Part shown: positions 55,313-63,565 of the stretch, piece after piece | Position numbering within the stretch: the first letter of the stretch is position 1 | Layout of the letters: each line of letters opens with the position of its first letter | NCBI GenBank assembly: GCA_964521405.1 | Contig: CAZFRR010000176.1 | Span: 16,285 to 80,284 of the forward strand | DNA from: an uncultured Streptomycetaceae bacterium | GTDB taxonomy: Bacteria > Pseudomonadota > Gammaproteobacteria > Burkholderiales > SG8-41 | Reading direction: 5' to 3' | Length of the DNA stretch: 64,000 bases | Translations under genes and position numbers: made by a program | Notes under the pieces: model-generated | What the model saw: only the letters and a program-made list of their open reading frames with translations | Databases searched by the model: none | Told to the model about the DNA's origin: nothing

Positions 55313-56656
55313 ATGACCGCCGCGAAAACGCTTGCCGAATTCGCCGTCAATCTGAAATACGAAGCCATCCCGCCGGAAGTCATCGAGCGCGCCAAGGACT
55401 GCATCATCGACACGGTCGGCGCCTGCGCCTTCGGCTCCCAGATGCCGTGGACGCAAATCGTCATCGAGCACGGCAAGCGCAACAGCGCGCCCGGTGAATG
55501 CAGCGTGTTCGGCACGCCCGTCAAGCTGCGCGCGCCGTTTGCCTGCCTCGCCAACGGCGCATCGGCGCACGCCTTCGAGCTCGATGCCCTGTGCGAGCCG
55601 AGCGTCGGCATCCATCCCGGCGCCGCGTTGTGCGTGCCGGGACTCGCCCCCTCGCAGGGCCGCAAGGGCAACGGGCGCGCGCTGCTCTCCGCCGTCGTCG
55701 CCGGCTACGAGGTGCTGTATCGCATCGGCGACGCGGCGAACCAGTCGATCGAGAAGGTCGGTTTCCATTCGCCGGGGGTGATCGGCGCGTTCGGCACCGC
55801 GGTGGTGATCGGCCGGCTGTTCGAGATCAGCGCGGAGAAGATGGCGCATGCGCTCGGCATCGCAGGCTCGCTCGGCTCCGGGCTGATGGAGTTTTCGAGG
55901 ACGGGCGGTATGGTGAAGCGCCTGCATCTCGGCCGCTCGGCGGAAAGCGGTTTCATGGCGGCGGTGCTGGCGCGAGACGGCTACACCGGTCCCGCGGGCG
56001 TATTCGAGGGCAAGTACGGCTTCCTCAACACGTTCTGCCGCAACGCGGAGCCGGCGCGCCTGACGCAGGAGCTCGGCACGACGTGGCACGTGATGAAGAC
56101 CAAGATCAAGCGCTATTCCTGCCACGCGACCTCACAGGTCCCGGTAACGCTCGCGCTCGACCTCAAGGCGCAGCACCAGCTCGCCGGTGACGACGTCGCG
56201 GGCATCACCATTGCCGCCAACGAGAAAACGGTGAGCCATCACGCCATCAACGAGCCGCAGGACATGACGATGGCGCAGTACAGCACGCCGTTCAACGTCG
56301 CGCTCGCGCTCTACCTGGACCCGATGGACCCGCGGTCGTTTTCCGAGAAGAGCCTTGCCGACCCGAAGATCCGCGCGCTGGCGAAGGGCGCCAAGGTCGA
56401 GCTCTACCCGGGCGCATCGAGCCCTGTGGCGCAGGATTGCCGGGTCACTTTCAAGTTGAAGAACGGCAAGGAAGTGACCGCGCAGGGCAACAATTTCAAG
56501 GGCACGCCGACGATGCCGCTCTCGCGCGACGAGCTGCGCGAGAAATTCCTCAAGCTCACCGCGCACAAGGACCGCGCGAAGGCGGACCGGCTGTTCTCGC
56601 AGCTTGCGGACGCGGAGAAGGTGGCGGACTTCAGCACCCTCGATTTCGCGCTCTAA
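55313..56656 (+). CDS. MmgE/PrpD-family protein (copy A)
   Basis: LAEFAVNLKYEAIPPEVIERAKDCIIDTVG.., HAFELD and KRYSCHA are PrpD-fold blocks. Confidence 0.85.
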   Translation: MTAAKTLAEFAVNLKYEAIPPEVIERAKDCIIDTVGACAFGSQMPWTQIVIEHGKRNSAPGECSVFGTPVKLRAPFACLANGASAHAFELDALCEPSVGIHPGAALCVPGLAPSQGRKGNGRALLSAVVAGYEVLYRIGDAANQSIEKVGFHSPGVIGAFGTAVVIGRLFEISAEKMAHALGIAGSLGSGLMEFSRTGGMVKRLHLGRSAESGFMAAVLARDGYTGPAGVFEGKYGFLNTFCRNAEPARLTQELGTTWHVMKTKIKRYSCHATSQVPVTLALDLKAQHQLAGDDVAGITIAANEKTVSHHAINEPQDMTMAQYSTPFNVALALYLDPMDPRSFSEKSLADPKIRALAKGAKVELYPGASSPVAQDCRVTFKLKNGKEVTAQGNNFKGTPTMPLSRDELREKFLKLTAHKDRAKADRLFSQLADAEKVADFSTLDFAL

Positions 56657-56689
56657 GCATTACTCCTGTAACAACCCCGGAGGCGGGCC

Positions 56690-57295
56690 ATGGCAAACAA
56701 GGAAACGATAGGCGGCGTCAGCGTTTATCTCCCGACGGGAGAATTAGCGACGGGCGCAGCGCACCTCGCGCCACGACTGAAGACGCTACGTGGCGCCCGC
56801 GTCGGCATACTCGACAACTGCAAAGAATTTGCCGACATCGTGCTGCGCGGCGTAGCCGAGGTCCTCGAGCGCGAATACGGCGCGCAGGTGAAATTCTGGC
56901 GCAAATCCTACCTGGGGATTCCTTCGCCTTTCGCGCAAGTGATGGCAAAGGAGTGCGACGCCGTCATCAACGGCGTCGGCCACTGAGGGTCCTCGACACC
57001 CTGGACCGCGCGTGACGCGGTCAACCTCGAGAACCTCGGAACCCCGACTGTAACTGTCATCAGCACCGCCTTCGCCGCGCTCGGGCAGGTGACCGGCGAG
57101 GGTGCGGGACACGCGAGCCTGCCCATCGTCGTCGTGCCGCACCCGGTCGGCGATCGTGACGAAAACCTCATCCGGCAGAGGGGCGCGGACATCGCGCGAG
57201 AGTGCGTGCGCGTGCTCACGACACCGGTCGAGGAGCTGTCACGCGAGTTCAAGGACAAGCGGCATCCGCTTCCTCGCGCCGTCATGCCCCGCTGA
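56690..57295 (+). CDS. candidate selenoprotein, UxxC-family variant (U-G-S-S), 201 codons with TGA at codon 99 (copy A)
   Basis: Track ORFs 56690-56986 and 57089-57295 are in the same frame and are separated only by the TGA at 56984-56986. Both halves align with copy B: LDN.KE.ADI upstream, U-G-S-x-T...D.V..E..G.P...AF...PHPV downstream. Confidence 0.6.
57004..57022 (+). promoter_or_regulatory. candidate bacterial SECIS hairpin (copy A)
   Basis: GACCGCG-cguga-CGCGGUC, a perfect 7-bp stem starting 17 nt after the TGA, with G and U in the apical loop. Confidence 0.45.
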
Positions 57296-57305
57296 ACGAG
57301 CGCCG

Positions 57306-58358
57306 ATGAAGCCTGAAATGACCCCGATTGCGGAGACCGACGAGTCCTACGACCGCATCAACGATGCCTTCTACGAGCGCGGCTGGACCGACGGCCTGCC
57401 TATTGTGCCGCCGACCGAGGCGCGGGTGCGGGCGATGCTGGCCGGCATGCCGGGGCGCGACGCGGACGACCTGGTGAGCGTGGTGCCGCCCAAGATGGGT
57501 CACGCGACGATGCGCCAGATCGCGATCAACGCCGTGATGGCGGGCTGCCGTCCGGAATACCTGCCGGTAGTGGTCGCTGCGCTGCAGGCGGTTTCCGAGC
57601 CCGCCTACGGGCTTTCCCACCGGCAGACGACGACGCACGCGGGCGCGCCGCTCATCATCGTCAACGGCCCGATCGCGAAGCGCCTGAAGATCAACGGCGG
57701 GCGCGGGTTATTCGGGCCGGGCTGGCGGGCCAACGCGACCATCGGCCGGGCGCTGCGGCTGGTCCTCGTCAACGTCGGCGGCGCGGGGCCGGACGTGGAC
57801 GCGTCGCAAACCGGCCATCCCGGCAAGTACACCTATTGCATCGCCGAGTTCGAGGATGCCAACCCCTGGGAGCCGCTGCACGTCGAGCGCGGCTTCCGGC
57901 GCGAGCAGAGCGTCGTCACCGTGGTGAACACGGAAGCGCCGCATAGCATGACGGAAAACGTGCAGACTGACCCGGTCGAAATCATGCGCACGTTCGCGTC
58001 CTCAATGGCGACGCTGGGCGTGAATAATCTCTATTCGCAGGGCCACCCGGTGCTGGTGCTGGGCCTCGAGCATGTGCACCATCTCTCGGCAGCGGGCTGG
58101 AGCAAGATGGACGTGAAGCGCGCGCTGTTCGAGATGGCCCGGCAGCCCTGGGGGCTCATGAAGAACCGCGGCAAGTCGAAGGGGCCGCGCTTCCCGGAAT
58201 TCGTCGACCAGAACGACGACAACTCCATGGTCCCGATCCTGTGGGAAGCGAAGGACCTCATATTGATCGTGGGCGGCGGCGCCGGCGGCAAGTCGATGTT
58301 CCTGCCGACGGCCGGCGGGCAGAGCCTGAGCGTGTCGAAGGCAATCGAAGAAAGATGA
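57306..58358 (+). CDS. conserved protein of unknown function, partner of the TGA gene (copy A, 350 aa)
   Basis: Paralog of 61884-62903. Shared blocks: W(T/S)DG.P.V.PTE.RVR.MLAG, MAGC(R/K)PEYLPV, IVNGP, FGPG(W/F)RAN..IGRA.RL.L.N.GG. The stop overlaps the next start (ATGA). Confidence 0.8.
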   Translation: MKPEMTPIAETDESYDRINDAFYERGWTDGLPIVPPTEARVRAMLAGMPGRDADDLVSVVPPKMGHATMRQIAINAVMAGCRPEYLPVVVAALQAVSEPAYGLSHRQTTTHAGAPLIIVNGPIAKRLKINGGRGLFGPGWRANATIGRALRLVLVNVGGAGPDVDASQTGHPGKYTYCIAEFEDANPWEPLHVERGFRREQSVVTVVNTEAPHSMTENVQTDPVEIMRTFASSMATLGVNNLYSQGHPVLVLGLEHVHHLSAAGWSKMDVKRALFEMARQPWGLMKNRGKSKGPRFPEFVDQNDDNSMVPILWEAKDLILIVGGGAGGKSMFLPTAGGQSLSVSKAIEER

Positions 58359-59383
58359 CGAACCTGGAGAATGGAACGACGAGGTGGAAGCGTGTGGGGC
58401 GCGTCGCATGCGTGCGGCTGGCGATCGCCGTGGCGCTTTGCGCGGTCGTGCCGGCGCCCGCCTTCGCGCAGTCCGGCTGGAAACCGGAAAGTACCGTGGA
58501 GCTGATCGTGCCGTCGGGGCCCGGCGGCGGCACCGATCACACGGCGCGGGTCGTGCAGCAGGTCCTGCAACAGAAGCAACTGGTGAGCGTGCCGGTGGCG
58601 GTGGTCAACAAGACCGGCGGCGGCGGAACGCTGGCGCTGTCCTACCTCAACCAGTTCCGGGGCAATGCGCACTACCTGCACCTGGCATCGGCGGTGCTGC
58701 TGACGAGCCACATCGTCGGCCGCACGCCCATCAACTACACGGATCTCACGCCGGTTGCGCTGCTGCAGAGCGAATACGTGGTGCTGGCGGTCAAAGCCGA
58801 TTCATCGCTCAAGAACGCCCATGACCTGGTGGCGCGCCTGAAGCAGGATCCCGCCGCGCTGAGTATTTCCGTGGGCACCAGCTTCGGCGGCGCCAACCAT
58901 TCCGCGATCGCCGCCGTGGCGCGTAGCGCAGGCATCGATTCCCGCAAGCTCAAGACGGTGGTATTCAAGTCATCGTCGGAAGCGGCGCTCGCCGCGCTCG
59001 GCGGGCACGTGGACGTTGTGTCAGCGAGCGCGTCCCAGGTGCTCACCCACGTCCGGTCGGGCGCTCTGCGTCTCATCGGCGTGACGTCACCGGCGAGGCT
59101 GAAAGGGGACCTCGCCACGGTGCCGACGCTGAAGGAGCAGGGCATCAACGTCGAGGTCAACAACTTCCGCATGCTGGTCGGACCGAAGGACCTCACCACG
59201 CCGCAGCTCGCCTATTGGGACCAGGTTCTCGCGAAGATGGTGCAGGCCGAGGAATGGAAGAAGGACCTCGAACGGGATGTGGTCGAGGACACCTACCTGA
59301 ACAGCCGCGACATCCGCAAGTATCTCGACTCCGAATACGCCGAGCTGAAGAGCCTGCTGATCGAGATGGGGCTCGCCAGGTAG
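58355..59383 (+). CDS. Bug/TctC-family substrate-binding protein
   Basis: Signal peptide ...VVPAPAFAQ, then ELIVPSGPGGGTDHTAR..VVNKTGGGGTLA. Confidence 0.85.
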   Translation: MTNLENGTTRWKRVGRVACVRLAIAVALCAVVPAPAFAQSGWKPESTVELIVPSGPGGGTDHTARVVQQVLQQKQLVSVPVAVVNKTGGGGTLALSYLNQFRGNAHYLHLASAVLLTSHIVGRTPINYTDLTPVALLQSEYVVLAVKADSSLKNAHDLVARLKQDPAALSISVGTSFGGANHSAIAAVARSAGIDSRKLKTVVFKSSSEAALAALGGHVDVVSASASQVLTHVRSGALRLIGVTSPARLKGDLATVPTLKEQGINVEVNNFRMLVGPKDLTTPQLAYWDQVLAKMVQAEEWKKDLERDVVEDTYLNSRDIRKYLDSEYAELKSLLIEMGLAR

Positions 59384-59425
59384 CGTAGCGGCGCGGATTG
59401 CCCGCGCCCCGATAAATCATCCGGG

Positions 59426-60823
59426 ATGGACATGAAAACCAACGATGCCAGGGAGCCGCTCGCCGCTCATGTCGCGGCGTTCGTGACGAAAACGCGCCAT
59501 GCCGGCCTGCCTGCCGAGACGGCGCGCGTCGTGAAGAAGCACATGCTCGATACGCTTGCGTGCGGCCTCGCCGGCGTGCCCGCGGAGGGCAGCGACATCG
59601 TGCGGCGCTACATCGAGCGCCTGGGATGCAGTGGCAGCGCGACCGTGTTCGGCACGGCGCAGCAGGCGGCCCCGCGGTTCGCGGCCCTGGCCAACGCCAC
59701 CGCGATGCACGCCGACGACTTCGACGACACTTACCATCCGACGCGATTTCACCCCACGGCCCCCGTGCTGTCCGCCGTGTGTGCCGTGGGCGAGGAAAAC
59801 GGCGCTTCCGGTGCCGAGGTGCTGGCGGCAGTCGCGGTCGGCACCGAGGTCTCCCTGAAACTCAGTCACACCATCGACCAGCAGCATTACCTGCGCGGCT
59901 TCCACATGACCAGCACCTGCGGTGTGTTCGGCGCCACAGCGGGCGTATGCAACCTGCTCCGGCTGTCCACTGATGCCACAACACGCGCCATCGGTATCGC
60001 CGGCAGCCACTCCGCCGGAGTGCGCGAGAACTTCGGCACGATGGTGAAGCCCTTGCACTCGGGGCGCGCCGCTGAGAACGCCGTGTTTGCGGCCTCACTC
60101 GCGGCAATGGATTTCACGGCGTCGCCGACGATCCTCGAGGGCGACCGCGGCTATTTCATGACGGGCGCCGGGGGCTACAATGCCGACGAGCTGGTCGGCA
60201 AACTCGGCAACCCGTGGAACTACGTTGCCAGGGGCGTGGCGATCAAGCCGTATCCCTGCGGCAACCTCCAGCAGCCGGCCATGGACAAGTTGCGGGATCT
60301 CGTCGTGGAACACGACATCAAGCCGGGGCAGGTCGAGCGCCTCGCGGTGAAGAGCCACCGCCTGATGCCGCTCAACCTCACTTACCACCGGCCGGTGACG
60401 GGGCTGGAAGGCAAGTTCAGCATGGAATTCAGCCTCGCCTCGATCCTCGTGCTACGGCGCGCCGGCCTCGCCGAGTACAGCGATGCGGTCGTGAACCGCC
60501 CCGACATCCAGGATGCGATAGGCAGGATCGACTACACCGTGTTCAGCGACGAGGAAGCCGAGGCGAAGGGCTACACGCTGCTCACCACCTTCCTCGACAT
60601 CAAGTTGAAGGACGGGCGGACCCTTTCCGCGCGGGTGGACGCGGCCAAGGGCAGTGCCACGCTTCCCATGAGCGAGGAAGACGTCGCGCGCAAGTTCCGC
60701 GAGTGCGCGGAGTTCGCAGGCTTGCCCGGCGGGAGGGCCGGGAAGATCATCGATCTCGTTCTCAAGCTCGAGGATGTGCGCGACATACGCGACCTGACGC
60801 GGCTCATCGGGACGGCACACTGA
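59426..60823 (+). CDS. MmgE/PrpD-family protein (copy B)
   Basis: LAAHVAAFVTKTRHAGLPAETARVVKKHMLDTLACG.., HADDFDD and IKPYPCG are PrpD-fold blocks. Confidence 0.85.
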   Translation: MDMKTNDAREPLAAHVAAFVTKTRHAGLPAETARVVKKHMLDTLACGLAGVPAEGSDIVRRYIERLGCSGSATVFGTAQQAAPRFAALANATAMHADDFDDTYHPTRFHPTAPVLSAVCAVGEENGASGAEVLAAVAVGTEVSLKLSHTIDQQHYLRGFHMTSTCGVFGATAGVCNLLRLSTDATTRAIGIAGSHSAGVRENFGTMVKPLHSGRAAENAVFAASLAAMDFTASPTILEGDRGYFMTGAGGYNADELVGKLGNPWNYVARGVAIKPYPCGNLQQPAMDKLRDLVVEHDIKPGQVERLAVKSHRLMPLNLTYHRPVTGLEGKFSMEFSLASILVLRRAGLAEYSDAVVNRPDIQDAIGRIDYTVFSDEEAEAKGYTLLTTFLDIKLKDGRTLSARVDAAKGSATLPMSEEDVARKFRECAEFAGLPGGRAGKIIDLVLKLEDVRDIRDLTRLIGTAH

Positions 60824-60881
60824 GCCTGCAATGCGGGGGCCGGATCGACAGCGTGCCCAGGCGCCAGCAGAGGAAAGAAAA

Positions 60882-61868
60882 ATGAACGCGAGCTTCAAAT
60901 TCAAGTCAGCCGCCCGCATCGTTTTCATGGCGTTTGCCTGCTGCGGCGTGTCCGGCGTGCAGGCGCAGGCGTATCCGTCCAAAATCGTGCGACTGGTTCT
61001 GCCGTTCCCGCCGGGTGGCGGCACGGACGTGGTTGGTCGCCTGCTGGCGCAGAAGCTCGGCCAGGCGCTGGGCCAGCAGGTTATCGTGGACAATCGCGCG
61101 GGCGCCGGCGGGCGCATTGGCGCCGAGCTGGTCGCGAGATCAGCGCCGGACGGATACACGCTGCTCCTCGCCGGCAGCAGCGTCATGGCAACGGCGCCGG
61201 CGCTGTATGCGAAGCTGCCGTTCGACATGCCGAAGGACTTCGCCCCGATATCGCTGGTGGCATACACTGCATACGTGCTGGTCGTGCATCCGTCCGTACC
61301 CGCGAGAATGGTGAAGGAACTGATCGCGCTCGCGAAATCGCGGCCCGGCCGGCTCACGTTCGCGTCGTCGGGCGCCGGCGGAGCGGCGCATCTTTCGGGG
61401 GAGCTGTTCAGCGCGATGGCCGGCGTGAAAATGATCCACGTGCCGTACAAGGGGAGCTCTCCGGGAACGCTGTCGGTGATCGCCGGCGAGACCGACCTGA
61501 TGTTCAGCAATACCGTAGCGGCACTGCCTTCGGTGAAGAGCGGCCGGCTGCGGACGCTAGGCGTCACCGCTCTACGGCGCTCCACGATCATGCCCGATGT
61601 GCCGACGGTGGCCGAATCGGGGCTTCCGGGGTTCGAGGTGCAGCAGAACTACGGTTTGCTGGCGCCGGCGGGCACGCCGCGGGAAATCGTGATCCGGCTG
61701 AACCAGGAGGTTGGTAAGGTGATGCGGACGGAGGACGCGAGGAGCAGGCTCCTCGTGGACGGCTCGGAGGCCAAGTTCAGCACTCCCGAGGAACTGGAGA
61801 AGATGATCACGGCCGAGATCGCAAAGTGGTCGAAGGTCATCAAGCAGGCGGGCATCAAGGAAGAGTGA
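60882..61868 (+). CDS. Bug/TctC-family substrate-binding protein
   Basis: Signal peptide MNASFKFKSAARIVFMAFACCGVSGVQA, then VRLVLPFPPGGGTDVVGRL..VVDNRAGAGGRIG. Confidence 0.85.
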   Translation: MNASFKFKSAARIVFMAFACCGVSGVQAQAYPSKIVRLVLPFPPGGGTDVVGRLLAQKLGQALGQQVIVDNRAGAGGRIGAELVARSAPDGYTLLLAGSSVMATAPALYAKLPFDMPKDFAPISLVAYTAYVLVVHPSVPARMVKELIALAKSRPGRLTFASSGAGGAAHLSGELFSAMAGVKMIHVPYKGSSPGTLSVIAGETDLMFSNTVAALPSVKSGRLRTLGVTALRRSTIMPDVPTVAESGLPGFEVQQNYGLLAPAGTPREIVIRLNQEVGKVMRTEDARSRLLVDGSEAKFSTPEELEKMITAEIAKWSKVIKQAGIKEE

Positions 61869-61883
61869 GGTGGAGGAGGCGAT

Positions 61884-62903
61884 TTGAGCGCTGTGGTTGA
61901 TCCATTCGAGTTTTTCCTGGAAAAGGAGTGGTCGGACGGGTATCCGGTCGTCACGCCGACCGAAGAGCGCGTCCGCTGGATGCTGGCCGGGACGCGGCGT
62001 GACCCGGACGAGCTGGTGGGCCTGATACCGCCGGCGATGGAGCCGGCGACGGTTCGCACCGTCGCCATCCACGCGCTGATGGCAGGCTGCAAGCCGGAAT
62101 ACCTGCCGGTCGCGCTGGGCGCGGTGAAGCACATCATTCGCGAGGAATTCAATATGGGCGGCGTGCAGTGCACAATGCACGGCGTTGCGCCGCTGATGAT
62201 CGTGAACGGCCCCTATGCGCAGACCATCGGGCTGCACGGCGGCGCCGGCTGCTTCGGTCCGGGGTTTCGCGCCAATACCAGCATCGGCCGCGCGATCCGG
62301 CTGATGCTGCTCAATCTCGGCGGCGGCATATCGGGACGCGCCTCGGCGACCGTGTTCAGCTCGCCGTTCCGCTATACCGCCTGCATTACCGAAAACATGG
62401 CATCGAGCCCATGGGAGAGCCTCGCGGTGTCGCGAGGCTATTCGCCGCACGACAACGTGATCACGTTCGCGATGGCGGAGAACCCGCGCCTGCACTTCGA
62501 CGACGTCAGCACCGAGCCCGAGCGGCTGCTGCGGGGGATCGGTGACGCCATGACGGCGCCCGGCTCGTGGAACATGTGGTTCGTTTCGGACATGGTCGTC
62601 GCGATGAGCCCGCAACACGCGAAGTTGTGCGCGGACGCCGGCATGAGCCGCGCCGACGTGGTCGGGCGCCTGAGCCAGCTCGCCGTGCGCCGGCAATCCG
62701 GGGTGAAGTACGGCGGCAACTGGCGGCCCGAGCGCGCACGAGCGATGGGCATCGACCCCGACGACGAGAATGCCCTCATCAAGGCCGTCAAGGACCCGGG
62801 GCGGCTGCATCTCATCGTCGCGGGCGGCAACGGCCCGATCACCGCCGTGTGCCACGGCTGGAACGAGACCAGCCGTGCAGTGCACGGCACCTACGAGGTA
62901 TGA
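61884..62903 (+). CDS. conserved protein of unknown function, partner of the TGA gene (copy B, 339 aa)
   Basis: Paralog of 57306-58358 (see the shared blocks there). TTG start at 61884 or GTG at 61893. Confidence 0.8.
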   Translation: MSAVVDPFEFFLEKEWSDGYPVVTPTEERVRWMLAGTRRDPDELVGLIPPAMEPATVRTVAIHALMAGCKPEYLPVALGAVKHIIREEFNMGGVQCTMHGVAPLMIVNGPYAQTIGLHGGAGCFGPGFRANTSIGRAIRLMLLNLGGGISGRASATVFSSPFRYTACITENMASSPWESLAVSRGYSPHDNVITFAMAENPRLHFDDVSTEPERLLRGIGDAMTAPGSWNMWFVSDMVVAMSPQHAKLCADAGMSRADVVGRLSQLAVRRQSGVKYGGNWRPERARAMGIDPDDENALIKAVKDPGRLHLIVAGGNGPITAVCHGWNETSRAVHGTYEV

Positions 62904-62984
62904 GGGCGGAGGGATGAGGGATGCGCGATGCGGGTTTCTCTCATCTCGTATCCCGGATCTCGTATCCCGTATCACGATTCACGC
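62902..62984. repeat. inverted heptamer arrays (GAGGGAT-type x5 / GTATCCC-type x6)
   Basis: gagggcg gagggat gagggat gcgcgat gcgggtt pairs with tcatctc gtatccc ggatctc gtatccc gtatcac gattcac. The element starts on the upstream TGA. Confidence 0.8.
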
Positions 62985-62997
62985 TTTTTATTAGGAA

Positions 62998-63534
62998 ATG
63001 AACATGACGAATGACCTGGGCTTCATCGACCCCACCGCGGGCGGCAACAAGGCGAGGATCCCGCTGGCGCCGCGGCCGATGGACCTCGCCGGCAAGGTGG
63101 TGGGCCTCCTCGATAACACCAAGGAGCAGGCCGATATTATTTTCGAAACCGTCGCGGACGTCCTGCGCAGCCGCTACGGAGTGGCTAAAGTGATCATCCG
63201 GCGCAAGGAGGCCTTCTCCCGGCCCGCGACCGAAGCGCTGCTGAACGAGATGGCGAAGGAGGTGCAGGTGGCCGCCGCCGCCCTCGGCGGGTGAGGGTCC
63301 TGCACGTTGTGCAGTGTGCACGACACGGTGGAGTTCGAGAAACGCGGCATACCCGCCACGATGTTTCTCACGCAGGCGTTCAAGAACGCGGCGGTCTATC
63401 AATTCCGCGGCAAGGGCATGGACGGGCACCCGTTCATCGAGCTGCCGCATCCGGTGAGCAACCTCACGCCCGGCGAGATGCGCGCGCTCACGCTGAAATA
63501 CGTCGAGCAGATGGTCAGGCAGCTGACTGCGTGA
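62998..63534 (+). CDS. candidate selenoprotein with U-G-S-C motif, 178 codons with TGA at codon 99 (copy B)
   Basis: Track ORFs 62998-63294 and 63307-63534 share a frame. The junction reads ...AAALGG-TGA-GSCTLCSVHDTVEFEKRGIPATMFLTQAF...LPHPVSN. U-x-x-C resembles a CxxC redox motif. Confidence 0.65.
63300..63321 (+). promoter_or_regulatory. candidate SECIS region (copy B): two alternative hairpins
   Basis: CUGCAC-guu-GUGCAG (63300-63314) or GUGCA-gug-UGCAC (63309-63321). They lie 6-15 nt after the TGA, and the apical loops contain G and U. Confidence 0.4.
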
Positions 63535-63560
63535 GGGGCGAGGGATGAGGGATTAGTGAC
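63533..63560. repeat. tandem heptamers (GAGGGGC, GAGGGAT x2, TAGTGAC)
   Basis: Starts inside the TGA stop of the preceding gene. Confidence 0.7.
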
Positions 63561-63565
63561 GAAGG

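Noticed and set aside
56984-56986. TGA at 56984 (and 63292) as ordinary stops giving four small separate genes, or as inactivating mutations (pseudogenes).
   Set aside because: Both paralogs have the TGA at codon 99. Both keep the frame open afterwards, with mutually alignable downstream sequence. Both have a hairpin just downstream. Two independent pseudogenisations at the same codon are unlikely. This is not fully excluded without evidence of Sec machinery.
57102-57305. The long N-terminal extension of track ORF 57102-58358 (418 aa).
   Set aside because: The extension overlaps the 3' part of the TGA gene in another frame and is Arg/Ser-rich and low in complexity. The paralog aligns only from MKPEMTPIAE... 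onward, so the start is set at 57306.
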